Assembly (NCBI RefSeq): GCF_006345805.1
Contig: NC_043009.1
Coordinates: 27,342,001 to 27,406,000 of the forward strand
Reading direction: 5' to 3'
Length of the DNA: 64,000 nt
DNA from: Octopus sinensis
Lineage: Eukaryota
Shown: positions 11,866-25,568 of the stretch, piece by piece
Layout: each line of letters opens with the position of its first letter
How positions within the stretch are numbered: position 1 is the stretch's first letter
The notes under the pieces: generated by a model
Databases searched by the model: none
Told to the model about the DNA's origin: nothing
What the model saw: the letters and a program-made list of their open reading frames with translations, nothing else
Made by a program: the position numbers and the translations under genes

Positions 11866-14800
11866 GTGAGTGAATCGATCAACTAATTACTGTAAAACAA
11901 TATGTAAGCTGAAACAATTTAGTTTTACACTTTACTATCGCAGGCTTATATAACACATGACCTGCAAAGCCATTCTGTCTTTTTCATTTATTCGTTAAAG
12001 TTACTATTTATTTCATTTTTACTTATTCAAAATAATTTCTTTGTCTTCCTTTGTGTCAAAATGACATGCTTGGATGCACGTGTCCCAGTAGAGTTCATTC
12101 TAGAATGATAGCGATTTTTATTGCAATCTTTCATGAAATTGCTTAGAAAGTTAATGTTCTGATGTTGACTAGACGAACATAGCAGCTGTTCGTACGTGAA
12201 TTGCGGGATGATAGCCAATAAACGCTATCTTGCAAAATCCGCTATCACTGTGTTTATATTTGTATTAGTTGATATTGCAAAGTTCTGGAGAACAAGCGAC
12301 CATAAGGAAAGATTTTTGCCAACATAACATGGCAGTCGTGGTTTAGGACGAATGTTGCTATAATTTAGTCCCAGGAGACATCGTCTCCAGCTAGCTAAAT
12401 GACACGATCTGTGTCCTTATATTTTCGAACAAGGGAATCTAGCACCCCCACTCAGCTCTTGTTCGAAAATATAAGGACACAGATCGTGTCGTATAGCCAG
12501 CTCAAAACGATGTCTCCTGGGGCTAAATTTCAGCAACATTCGTCCTAAACCAGGACTGCCATGTTATGTTGGCAAAAATCTTTACTCCAAAGTATTGTTT
12601 CTAAATATCTCTCGTGAGATTTTAAAATAGTAATTTTCTTAGCGACCGTAGGTTTCACATACTGTAAATGGAATAGTTGCTTCATGTCATTTACAATTGC
12701 TAACCATAGTCCAGTATCTACAACAGGTGGTCTTTATTGGAGTATCTGGACGTGAAGTCGATGGTTATCTCGATGTTCTGATGGGTGGAGTTTACTATGT
12801 ATTTGATGTTTTCCATCGAATGTTTGTTTTGTATTTTCTGTGTGTCACCCTGTAGCGTTGTTTTAAGTACAATGTTTATGATGTCGACATATCGGGAGCG
12901 CATTGCATTCGGTGTGGGTCTTTCCATAGAGTAAACAGTGGCATGACAACATACTCTCTTTTTACTCTCTTTTACTTGTTTCAGTCATTTGACTGCGGCC
13001 ATGCTGGAGCACCACCTTTAGTCGAGCAAATCGACCCCGGGACTTATTCTTTGTAAGCCCAGTACTTATTCTATCGGTCTCTTTTGCCGAACCGCTAAGT
13101 GACGGGGACGTAAACACACCAGCATCGGCTGTCAAGCAATGCTAGGGGGACAAACACAGACACACAAACACACACACACATACATATATATAGATATATA
13201 TATATACGACAGGCTTCTTTCAGTTTCCGTCTACCAAATCCACTCACAAGGCATTGGTAGGCCCGGGGCTATAGCAGAAGACACTTGCCCAAGATGCCAC
13301 GCAGTGGGACTGAACCCGGAACCATGTGGTTGGTTAGCAAGCTACTTACCACACAGCCACTCCTGCGCCTATGATGTAAGCATACTTACATCAACACAGA
13401 GATGATAATTCTGACATTACTAGCAAAATTTTAATCAGTTTAGTTGAAATCATTGGAACAGTCACCAGCGTATGGTAAAAAAATTCTGATAGTGTAACTG
13501 AAACTGAAGTAAATCACAATCAGAGAGTGTATTTATTGGCAGTATGATTCTTCAAAAATGCGCGCGCGCGTGTGTAAATGATTATTAAAAAGGATAAAAT
13601 TATCTCAAGTTAACTCGTTGTGTTTAACCGATATCTCATTACCGGGCTGATAACTAAAATACTGAGCCAAATTTTCTCCTGCTAAATCATTGAATGAAAT
13701 ACGAACAAATACGATATTGCTAGTTAATCGATATTCTCATTCTATTAAAGCATAATTTAAATCTAAGACAAATGATCCATATTGAAATTAAGCAAAATGT
13801 AATATTGTTCAGTTTGTAACATTATTGACAATTTATATTTTTCATTTTCTTACAGTTTGATTTGGTATGCGAAAGGAAATGGTTAAAATCCACTTTGCAA
13901 TCAGTCTATTTTTTTGGCTATCTTTCTGGCTGTATTGTATTTGGTATTTTACCTGATAGGTAAGAGATATTTCAATAAATCATATCAAATGTATATTCAG
14001 TTTATACTGTTGAAACTTGACATTCTTCTGATTTGTACGATTCACTATAATTCTTTATTTCGAAAAATTTCCACACCACCGAAACTCAATCATCAGGCGA
14101 AGAAGTTATGGTTTCATTCCCTCCCACCACCTTTTTTAGCCAATAAAATATGTACCCGTCATATTCTATTTATACATTTAAACTTAGAAATGAATTAACG
14201 ATTGCGATTTGTCTATTGGTTAACTCTGCTAAAATTGTTTTCACACCTTGAAAGCATAACAGATATGTGGTGAGGTTTATGTGTGGCACTTCGGTGAATC
14301 ATAATTATTCATTTACAGATGTGGTTCTATGGACTAGAATTAAGTTCCTGGTGGCACAAATTTATGATTCAGTTTCAGTTATCTTTTGGAGTTATTTAAT
14401 AACATAATGAACATCACTTCTCCGTTATTTCTTCACTAAAATATTGGGTCAATTTCCTTCCTTTAATGTTCTTTCCTTTATAGGAACAGAGTCTGGCATC
14501 TTAAGGGAAGTGAGATAGTCGGTTAAATCGACCCCAGTTGAGCACTGGTACTATTTTATCAACCCCGAAAAGATGAAAAGTAAGGTCAACCTCGACGGAA
14601 TTTAAACAATGTAAAGCCGGAAGAAATGCCACTAAGCATTTTGTCCGGCGTGCTAACGATTCTGCCAGTTCACTACGTTCTCCTTTGCCAGAAATATAAT
14701 TTTTTTATCATGTGAAAACACGAAATAAATGTAAATCCACAATTAGAAAATATTGCGACTGTTTTGATTCTCAAATGGAAATTTATTATTTCATACGCTT

Positions 14801-15696
14801 TGCTAATGAACATATAAAAAAATATGAATATCACAACTTCACATTTCTTTGAACACTTCCAATATTTCATGCCCCAGTGAGAAACAGTTTTCAAATTTTG
14901 GTACAAAGCCAGCAGTTTCGGGAAAGACATTAAATTGATTACATCGGCCCCATTGCTCCACTGCAGTTTCGGGAAAGAGATTAAATTGATTAAATCGGCC
15001 CCATTCATCCCAAAAGGATGAAGGGCAAAAATTTAACTCTAAAAGAAAAGACACACGAAATGACACTAAGCATTTTGCCCGGCGTGCTAACGATTCTCCT
15101 GCTCGAAATTTTTGGGGACGATGCCAGTCGATTAGATCGACCCCAGTATGCAACAGGTACTCAATTTATCGATCCCGAAAAGGATGAAAGGCAAAGTCGA
15201 CCTCGGCAAAATTTGAACTCAGAACGTAGCGGCAGACGAAATTCCGCTCCGCATTTCGTCCGTGTGCTAACGTTTCTGCTAATTAATAGAGCAACTCAAT
15301 CTTTTATTTGTAGATATTTTAAATCACCGTTGATTAACAATTAATTTTTTAATGAAATTTTCATTCAGTTTTCAAATAAATAATACAGATTGCATTTCTC
15401 TTTTCCGTATAGATTTGGCAGGAAAACCATGCTGTTTTGGGCACTCCTATTCCTAATTGTCTGTGGATTTGGTAAAATCTTCGTACCATCGTTGGCCATT
15501 CTTACGATTCTCTATAGTCTTCAAGCTCTTAATTGTATGGGCACTTCAATTATCTTCTATACAATGAGTAAGTTCTTTCTTTAATATAAGTATTTACTTC
15601 TTCGTCTGTGCGTGTGCCCATATGTGTGCGTATGTGCACACATATACACATATTTCTCTCAGAGAGATAGTGATGCAGATAAACACGATTAGGCTT

Positions 15697-15729
<33 letters not shown>

Positions 15730-15779
15730 TTGTTATATATATATATATGTATATATATATATACATGTATATATATATG

Positions 15780-15813
<34 letters not shown>

Positions 15814-17791
15814 TACATACATACATACATACATACATAGAGATATTTATATATATATCTTGAGAAATAAGATTTTATATGGAGTATAAAAGACACAGAA
15901 GACTATGAGGGGAATCCATGCTTTTTTTAAACTCGGCATCTGTTTCTGGGAGCTCGAGATTACGTAATGGATGTAATATTCGTAGCTGGCAGATGAAATC
16001 CGCAAAAAGTCTTGGATATGTAACCAGTAGATTGATGTATTAAGAAGCAGGAGCAGCCGAGGGCGAAGAAGAAGGAGGAGGAGGAGGAGTTGAAAGAGAA
16101 GATGAAGGAGGAAGAAATTTAAGAGGAGGAGGTGGAGGAGGAGGAGCTGAAGGAGAAGATGAAGGAGGAAGAGTAGGGAAAGAGGGGGAGAAGGAGAAAG
16201 AAAAGAAAAGAATAATACAGGAGTGCTGTGCCACTGTAAATTGTTCGTGGAATTTTCTTTAATGATCAAATGACCTAAAAGGGAACTGTTGTGGTCGTAG
16301 CACATGGGAATGTTCTAAATTCTTGTTGTAGTTCCATCTGTGGTGACGAAATTCAAAAGTGGCTTATATTTTGTGAGAAAGTACGCTTCTTTGCTGATGC
16401 GCTGACCATAAGTTGCATTGTCCCTGAATTTATAGAGGGGAAAATTCTGAAGTTAGGTTGTTTGTTAGTGGCGCAAATATCGATGTGCTCGCTTAATCCT
16501 ATTTCTCTGTATTCTCATATTTTAATCTGGGATCTATGTACTGTCATCATTTAACGTAAATTGCTTTTAGTTTGACCAATATATTGTTCTTGACACCCTG
16601 AGCATGTTAATACATATACTAAGTTTTCCGAAGCATATGTGAAGTTGTTTTTCACTGCGAAATGTTGGCCCTGCTTGAAAGAGAATTCCGAACCCTCAAA
16701 TAGATTGACGCATATACCACAGATAAGTCTTCTGCATTTTTTTACTGTCGGTTTCAATGTTGTTATGAGCGTGCTTGGGCCTGTGTTAGAAGACTTTTCA
16801 TTGACTTAGGTTTCTTTTGCTCTTTATGATGGTGTGTGTTTGGAGAATTTGATCCATTCTATTGCCCCGTTTTAGTAAAGGGATGTTTTGGAGGATGGTG
16901 TCGAAGGCCTCATTGTTTAGGAGGTTATGTATGCGAGGATATGTATGGTAGGGATTTTGGTTGTCAATCAGTCTTTAGTTTGGAGTTTCGAGTTCGTGGA
17001 TGTTGAGTTGTAGGGCATGTTAAAAGCTTATATCAATTAGTGATGGTGGGTAGTTCCTGTTGATAAGTGTATCCTTTAGTTCGTGTAGTCGTGTGTCTCT
17101 GGTGCTTCTATCAGATACAACGGTACAAATCCTTTTGGCCAGGTTGTAAGGGATATTCATTCTAGTGCGTCTTGGGTGGCAAGAGTTAAATGGCGGATAT
17201 TGCTTGGAGTCCGTGGGCTTATAGTAGATGTCTTTTTCTATTTTGTTGTTAGATTTCTTATTGAGGATATCAAGGAATGGAAGTTGTTGGTGGCTATTTT
17301 TCATCGTAAATTGAATGTTTATGTCAAGTCCAATCAGAAGTGTTTGAAATTCTTTAAGTCTCTCTATACTTTCGTGGAAAAGAATGAAAAAGTCATCTAG
17401 ATATCTTTTCCAGTTATTTTCTATTTACAGCGAGAGTGGGTTTCGGTATTCTTCTAGTACCATACGATAAAGATTGATTTCTAGGTACCCCATGACTAGG
17501 TTAGCAAAGGAGGGGGTGGCCTTCGCGTGCCCATCGCAGTCCCCGATTTTCTGTCGACAGAAGTTGTCATTAAATACGAAGAAGTTATTCTCCAAGATGA
17601 ATTTTAGTCCTTCTTTTACGAATTCTTTTCTGACGCTGTGTGGGAGTTCATTGGAGCAATTATCTAGCTAGAATTGGATCGCCTCCTAGGCTGTGAGGGA
17701 TATTGAATGGAAGAGATGTTGACTACATCAAAGGATACTAGTAGGGTGTTTCTATTTATTGTTTCAGGGAGGTGATACAAGTCAAGACATG

Positions 17792-17860
<69 letters not shown>

Positions 17861-20651
17861 ATATGTGTATATGCTTATATGTAGGTATGTATATCTATGT
17901 GTATTTTTGGTTGCATATATATATATATATATATAAGTATTATATATATATTAATATGTGAATATATGTGTGTGTACGTGTGTGTATGCGTGTATGTATA
18001 TGTATCTATGTGTATGTATGTGTGTATATATATGTATGTGTGTATGTGTGTGTGTATCTTTAAGTTTGATCGTCTTAATCTATACAACAATGCTGAATTT
18101 TGAAAATTAATTTTTTAGTGGATTTTGAATATTCTTGTCGTTAGTATATCAAATAGTAATTTGATATTAATTACATATTACAAATAAGATGTATTCATTA
18201 TACTAAATAATTATATGTATAAATGCATTCATTTAATTTATTAATTAATTGATGATAATTCTTATAATAATAATGATGATCATAAATAGTTTTAATTTGA
18301 CAATAACCACAATAATACTTATTATAATATTGTATAGTTTATAAATGGTATTCATATTACAACAATATTTTGTTACTTATGAAAGAATTAATTAAATTTG
18401 GATATATACAATATATTGTCCTTTAATTAAATAATAACATTAATTATATTTATCGAGGATCAATACTAAGTCCTTGTTTTTGTTTATAATACTTAATTTT
18501 TATTCATTGAGTTCTAGAAAACTAGTAATATTTTGATATCCATATTATAGCCTAAGCATATATCAATGGGGTATTTTTGTGATAGTGCTTGCAGCTCTAA
18601 AGTTATCTTCAGCTGCTTTACGTCTTTTTTTTGAAATTGAATAGCAAAATTTCTCGAATATTGCGCTTTGACAGTTCCATTTCAGATGATTGTAACAACG
18701 GTGAAAAAAATATCAATGTTAATTTATTGATGCATTTGGGCAAGTCTATGTCTGTACTATCAGACAATTTTTTAAAAAAAGTGTTTAAAAACAATTCACA
18801 ACTCTGCAAAAATCCAGTACAAATTTATCATGGTTCAAAACGTTGCTTACCTTTTACTCAACCTGATACAATGGCAGGTGACACCCTCAAATATTCAAAC
18901 TCCAGTTGTATAACTGAGAAAATATTCACGCGAAACCGATGGTATCGGACTAATCATTTCAATGAATATACATACATACATACATACATACATACATACA
19001 TACATACATACATACATACATACATACATACATACATACATACATACATACATACATACACATACATACACGTTTGCATGCATATTTAAAACTTTCTACA
19101 TTGGTTTAATTTATTTGTAATTTGCATGAAATCTGTCAAGTGATACATGTTCTTGTCCCAAGATAAACTCTCTGTTGTGTTTACGTTAACAGAGTCAAAT
19201 CTTAAATGCTTCAGTTGTCTTCAGATGTATTAGTTATAAATCAGTAACGTGGGTTGTACGGTTCATTCATGTCTGTTGTCAGTCATAACATAATCAACAT
19301 ATACTTGCTGGTTTCATGAAATAATATTAAAGGTGAGTTATTTTTCGTCAATAATTGTAACAAATGATTCAATAATATAATTCTACTTCATGTTCATAAG
19401 CTTGTGAAGGGCTTGATGGTGGAATTTAACGGCTCTTGACTTGAAGAATTCATTGATCCAAGCTTTCAGCTCATGTCGTTGTTGAACGAAACGCTTTGCA
19501 AACTCTCTGAGAGCGATCAAAAGAGGTAGTAATGTGAAGGCATTATCAGAATACTGTAGCTACGGCAGAATCTTCCAACCGAGCTTTCGAATAGTGTTTT
19601 TTAGTCAAAAGTGGGAAGCAAGCGTTGTCATGTTGAAAAGATCGTACATCTAAAAAGATGTAAAATTTATTCAAATTTCAAAAACGATGAACGAAAGTTG
19701 TAGAGAAAGATAGCTACAAAAAAAGGTAAAGCACTGCGATTAGAATAATTTTCCAGCTAATTCAAATAACACTGCCAAGAAACAAATGAATTAATCTGAC
19801 GACTCAAAATTTTTGCATGTCTGACTTTTTGCAGGCTTCACTAGACAGACACATTCCGTGTAAACTTCGTTATGTTGATGTCCTTGAATGTTGTCAATAA
19901 AACTGAATGCTTTAATTACCCCGTTCTCATAACCCCTCATTCCATAACAATTTATTTTCACCATTTTGCAATTATTCAAAACTGCTAATTATATTTATAT
20001 TTTGTTTAATTTTTTTTTTGAAATTTCAGTGTTAGAATTTGCGACTACAAATTCACGTACAGCTATAAATTTTGGTTATATGTGCATTTTTGCATTAATT
20101 TCCATGATTTTACCAGGGTTAGCCTATGCAATCCCTGATTGGCATTATTTCGAATTGACTGTGTGTCTGCAACCAATAATTAGTATTTTCGCTTGCAGGT
20201 GAGTCGAGTATATTTTTGCGTGGTTCTTTTAGTTCACATTTTTCTAACCCTTAAGAATAAATCCCTCAAATTGCCAGCAACTTACTTTAAGAATCGAACT
20301 CTTCAAAGAAAACTAAAACGTATATTTGTACCACTATCACCACGACCCCACCTCAAAAAAACAACAACAACAAGTGCCACAGCAGCTGCAGCAGCAGCGG
20401 CAACAAGAAATACTTTCGCTGTCGTATATCTTTTACTTGTTTCAGTCATTGGACTGCGGCCATGCTGAGGCAACGCGTTGAAGAGTTTAATCGAACGAAA
20501 GTGTAGTATTTATTCTATCAGTGTCTTTTGCTGAACAAATCAACTCCAGCACTCAAGCGGTGGTGGGTGACAAGCGCTGACACAAACACACAAAGACACA
20601 CACAAATGCACGCACCCACACACATAGATATCCACCTTTCCCTCCTCTCTC

Positions 20652-20741
<90 letters not shown>

Positions 20742-23700
20742 ATAGTCAGTCCAAACAAGAACAAACAAGAAAAAACAACACGCGAGGACGTGGTACAAGT
20801 ACTGTGTATTATTGGACGCTCAGGCAAGGAAAGAAAAGAAAGAGGATTTCACGTTTCGAGCGGAGCTCTTTATTAGAAATATAGAAAAAATCTAGAGATG
20901 GGAAGACGGAAAAAAAATCGCCAACGATACACACGCGGTCACGTAAAATTACAATAACATGAGGACGTGGTTAATGTAGAGTATTAGCAGGCGCTTAGGG
21001 AAGGAAAGAAAAGTGGTTTTATATTTCGAGCAACTCTCTTCTTCAGAAACAGAGGAAAGTCCAATAGAAAAGGAAGACGTAGGAAGAAAGTCGCAAACGA
21101 TTCACATGTAGTTACATTTTGATAAATACACACGGGTTTCTTTCGGTTTCCATCTACCAAATCCACTCACAAAGCTTCGATCGATCCGGTGTTGTTGTGC
21201 AATATACTTGCCCAAAATGCCGCACACTACCACACCATGTCTGCTTGTAATTGATAAACAATTTCGATATTTTACTTCTGGTTCTGCTGTGGTCGACTTA
21301 GTCTTTCATCCTTTCGGGGTCGAAGAAGTAAGTATCAATCAAGCACTGGGGTCGATGTAATCGACTTACCCATCCCCCAAAACCTCAGGCCTTGTGCCTT
21401 TAGTAGAAAGGATTAAAGGGCGGCAATCTGGCTGAATCGTTAGCACGCCGGGCGTTTCGTCCGTCTTTACGTTCTGAGTTCAAATTCCGCCGAAATCGAC
21501 TTGCCTTTCATCATTTCGGATTCAATATAATTAGTTAGCAGTCGACGTACTCCTCTCCCAAAGCGCTGCCCTTACTCCAAAATGCGAAACCAATATTTTA
21601 TTTCTGGTCAATCTTTCGTCCCTGTTAGATCTTGAAAGAAACAGTTCTGTCTCTTTTGTGCTTTTCGATAGGCTGAAACCTGAAAAGAGACATCTTTACA
21701 CAAGTTTTTATGTCTTCTAGCTGTTTGCATATCATCATACGTAGTCACTATGATTTTAATAATTCATGCTTTTAAAACATTTTTCTTGTTTGAGAAGATA
21801 CTTTCTTTCCTTTGTTAAAAAATAATCTCAAATTTAAGTTTGAATTTAGGCGTAAATGTATTTGTGTCTTGTGATTGTCAGTGATTGTTCCAACATCTAT
21901 AAGTTTGATGTATATTAAGTTACTATTTGCATTTAATAATTTTTCTTTATATTCGAACTTCTATCTTTTATTTTGAATATTCCAGATTCATTTCTGAATC
22001 TCCGAGATGGCTTATAGGAAGAAAACAGTTTGCAGAAGCAAAAACAATTCTTCGAAAAATGATGAAGCAAAATAAAATTCATCCTCAAGAGTGGATTGGT
22101 TTTTTCACAAATGATGTAAAATCCTTAGAGCAAATTGATTCTCAAGATAATTTGGACGACCAAAGAATATCACCCAGAGAGAAAAATTATACTTTCATTG
22201 ATTTGTTTAAAACATTCTATCTGGCATCGATCACACTTAATATATGCTTTTCTTGGTGATTATTTATTTACTATTTTCTTTGATGTGTGAGGTAGCAAGC
22301 TGGCAGAGTCGTTAGCACACAACAAAACGCTTAGCAGTATTTCGTCCGTCTGTATGCTCTGGGCTCAAATTCCACCGAGCTAGATTTCAACTTTCATCCT
22401 ATCAGAGTCAATAAAATACGTGCCAGTTAAACACTGAGGTCGATGTAGTCGACTTAAACCCCTTCCCTGAAACTGTTAGCCTAGTGCTTATATTTGAAAC
22501 CAATATTTGCTTCGCGTGATTTATTATCTGCTTAGTATTTTCTTGGTTGTTTTAAGAGGCGAGTGGACAAAATCGTTAACGTGCCAGACAAAAATGCATA
22601 GCATTTCGTCCATCTTTATGTTCTGAGCTCAAATTTCGCCGAAGTTGACTTTACCGTTCATCCTTTCGGGATCGATAAATCAAGTACCAGCTGAGAGTTG
22701 GGATCGCTCTAATCAGCTGGCCTCTTTCCCAAAAATTACAGGTCTTTTTCCTATAGTAGAAAGGATTGCCTTAGATGTCTGATTGCAAGAAATCCGTCTT
22801 GCGGTTGAGGGGAAACCCATTAACTGAGTAGCATTTCTTAATACCAAAGTTTATGGCTAAGACACATTCTATAATCACTTCTTCAGTCTGTGTAAACAAT
22901 CACCTCATACATACATACATACATGCATACATACATACATACATACATACATACATACATACATACATACATACATACACACACATACATGCAAGTAATA
23001 ATTCTAAGCTTAGATATACACCATGTAATATGCCGTTTCAAACCCGTCCGCTGTATTCGGCTATCTGATGTCGTCAACAGTAGGACTTTAGCTGCCACTG
23101 GATTTATTTCAGGAATTCCTTCGTGTCTTTAGAGTTTTTAACATGAAAGAAAGAGAAAGAAAATGGAATTCACCCATGAGTCACCAATACACAATGAGTC
23201 GAAACGATCGTAGTTAATAATAAAATCTCATAAATTCCATTTTCTTTCTCATTCTCTCATATTCTCTTCCTTGGAATTATGGATTTGTAAGCAAATAAAG
23301 CTCTAAATAATAGCGTGTGGATATTGGGTTAAAAAACACATATGTGTCACATGAAAACCATACTTACAGGAGATACTGAAAAAGTGGTATCCGGACAGAC
23401 AATTGCCCGACAGACAATTGCCCGACTATTGTAATTTTTTTTTGTTAAATCTTGTTAATTTTTTTCTTTTTGGGTGAAGGCTGATGTCCTGCCAGCATTT
23501 GGTTGACGATCGTGTCGTTCAGTGCTTGATCCGTCTTCAATAGGTGAAGAAAACGTCAAGATATTTGGATGACTCGAGGTTATATTCACCTGTAAATGGT
23601 TATGCCATCCATCCAAGGAATTAATTATTCTTGGTTAATCATTGCATCCGTGGTCATACATGTTCCACATACAAATAGGAGTGGGTTGCTTCTGTTACGC

Positions 23701-25274
23701 CATCGTATTCTACCGATATCAACATCTTCAAAGTAATCAATGATTGGATCTGCGCATGGCACAAATTTTCTTGTAATTGCTTAAATGCTGTTACAACATT
23801 GTTTGCTGGTAAAAAAAAAAAAACCAAGGCTTTTCGACACCTGGTGGTTCTTTACTTAGGCAAACTGAGGAAAAATACAATTTTTGAGTACAGGAAGGTT
23901 CGCTCAAATGACAGATAAAGATAAAGTGAAAGTGTCTGTCGGGCAAGATATTTATCAGGCAGTTGTCCCTATCGGGCAATTATCCGCCGGGCAGTTGTCC
24001 GCCGGGAAGTTATCCGTCGGGCAATTGCTCGTCGGGTTGTTGAGCCAGAACCTGAAAAAGTATAGCAAAAGCAGAAAATATCATTTCGGTTTTTGATGGA
24101 TAATTAACATCACATCGAGAATTATCGTAAAATTTAATTACGCAGTCAGAGGGTTTACCGGAACGTAAACAAACCAACTCTGGTTGCCAAGTGGTGATGA
24201 GGGTTAAACACAAAGATACATACAAGCACATGTCCATGCACGTCTACCAAATTCATTTACAAGGCATTGGTCGGCCCAAAGCTATTGCAGAAGATACTTG
24301 GCCAAGGTGCTGCGTAGCAGAACTGAGCCCCAAACCAGGAGATCGCAAAGCAAGCTGTTTAACCACACAGACAAAACTGTGCCTGTACCATGTCTGTGCC
24401 TATTTGTGTACGTATGCATACATGTACATAGGTGTATATACACATATATGCTCACACACACACACATGTAACGCAAATAGCTCTAATACGGAATATAAAT
24501 TGGTGTTTAGTAGAAAAATCCATCCGAAATGTTTTCTAATCTCAAAAGACAAACTCAACAAAAGGCAATAGTTATGTAAAGAACGCATCTTTTGTTGTGT
24601 CTAGGGAGAGTCATTCTCTTTTCGTGCTTTATCATTTAACACACTCACCGGTAAAATTTCCACTTATTTCATATTTTTATTTTCCGAAAATTTTAAGAAA
24701 ATAAAAATATGAAATTTTACCGGTGAGTGTGTTAAATTATAAGGCACAAAAAGAGAATGACTCTCCCCAGACACAACAGAATATGCTTCAATACACGAAC
24801 TCATATAAAGAATCTTGCAAACCAAATCCAAGAACGCATCTTCGCAGATATTTGTTTTCTGTAATGTATTGCTTTTATTTTCCAGGTTTGTGATGGGTAT
24901 GCTCTACTATGGAATAATCCTTAATTCCGTTGATATGGCTGGAAACCGCTACATAAATTTTCTTGTAATGCTAGTCATCGAGTTACCCGCCTCTCTCTGC
25001 TGTTACTTTTTATTTCTACGTTTTGGTCACCGGAAGCCTATTAGTTTCTTCATGATGTCAAGTGGACTATGTTGCATCGTCTCAAATTTTACAACTGAAG
25101 GTATCTATCCATCAATCAGTCTATCAATCAATCAATCTAGCAATTAAAATCAATCTATCAATCAACCTGACTATCCACCTACCTACCTACCTATATACCC
25201 ACCTACCTACCTACCTACCTACCTACCTATCTGTGTAGCTGTCTCTCTCTATATATATATATATATATATCTAC

Positions 25275-25312
<38 letters not shown>

Positions 25313-25394
25313 GCCTGTCTGCCTGCATGTCAGTTTGTCTGTCTGCCTATCTATCTACCTATTTATCTACTTATCTATCTATCTATCTATCTAC

Positions 25395-25471
<77 letters not shown>

Positions 25472-25521
25472 AACCTATCTACCTACCTACCTATCTATCT
25501 ATCTACCTACCTACCTATCTA

Positions 25522-25568
<47 letters not shown>

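Noticed and set aside
15847-16305. 152-aa Leu-rich ORF
   Set aside because: It derives from a (GAG/GAA)n purine tract.
18120-18560. Mitochondrial insertion (NUMT)
   Set aside because: Extremely AT-rich, but no mitochondrial protein motif was found. It is better explained as a decayed mariner continuing from 18680.
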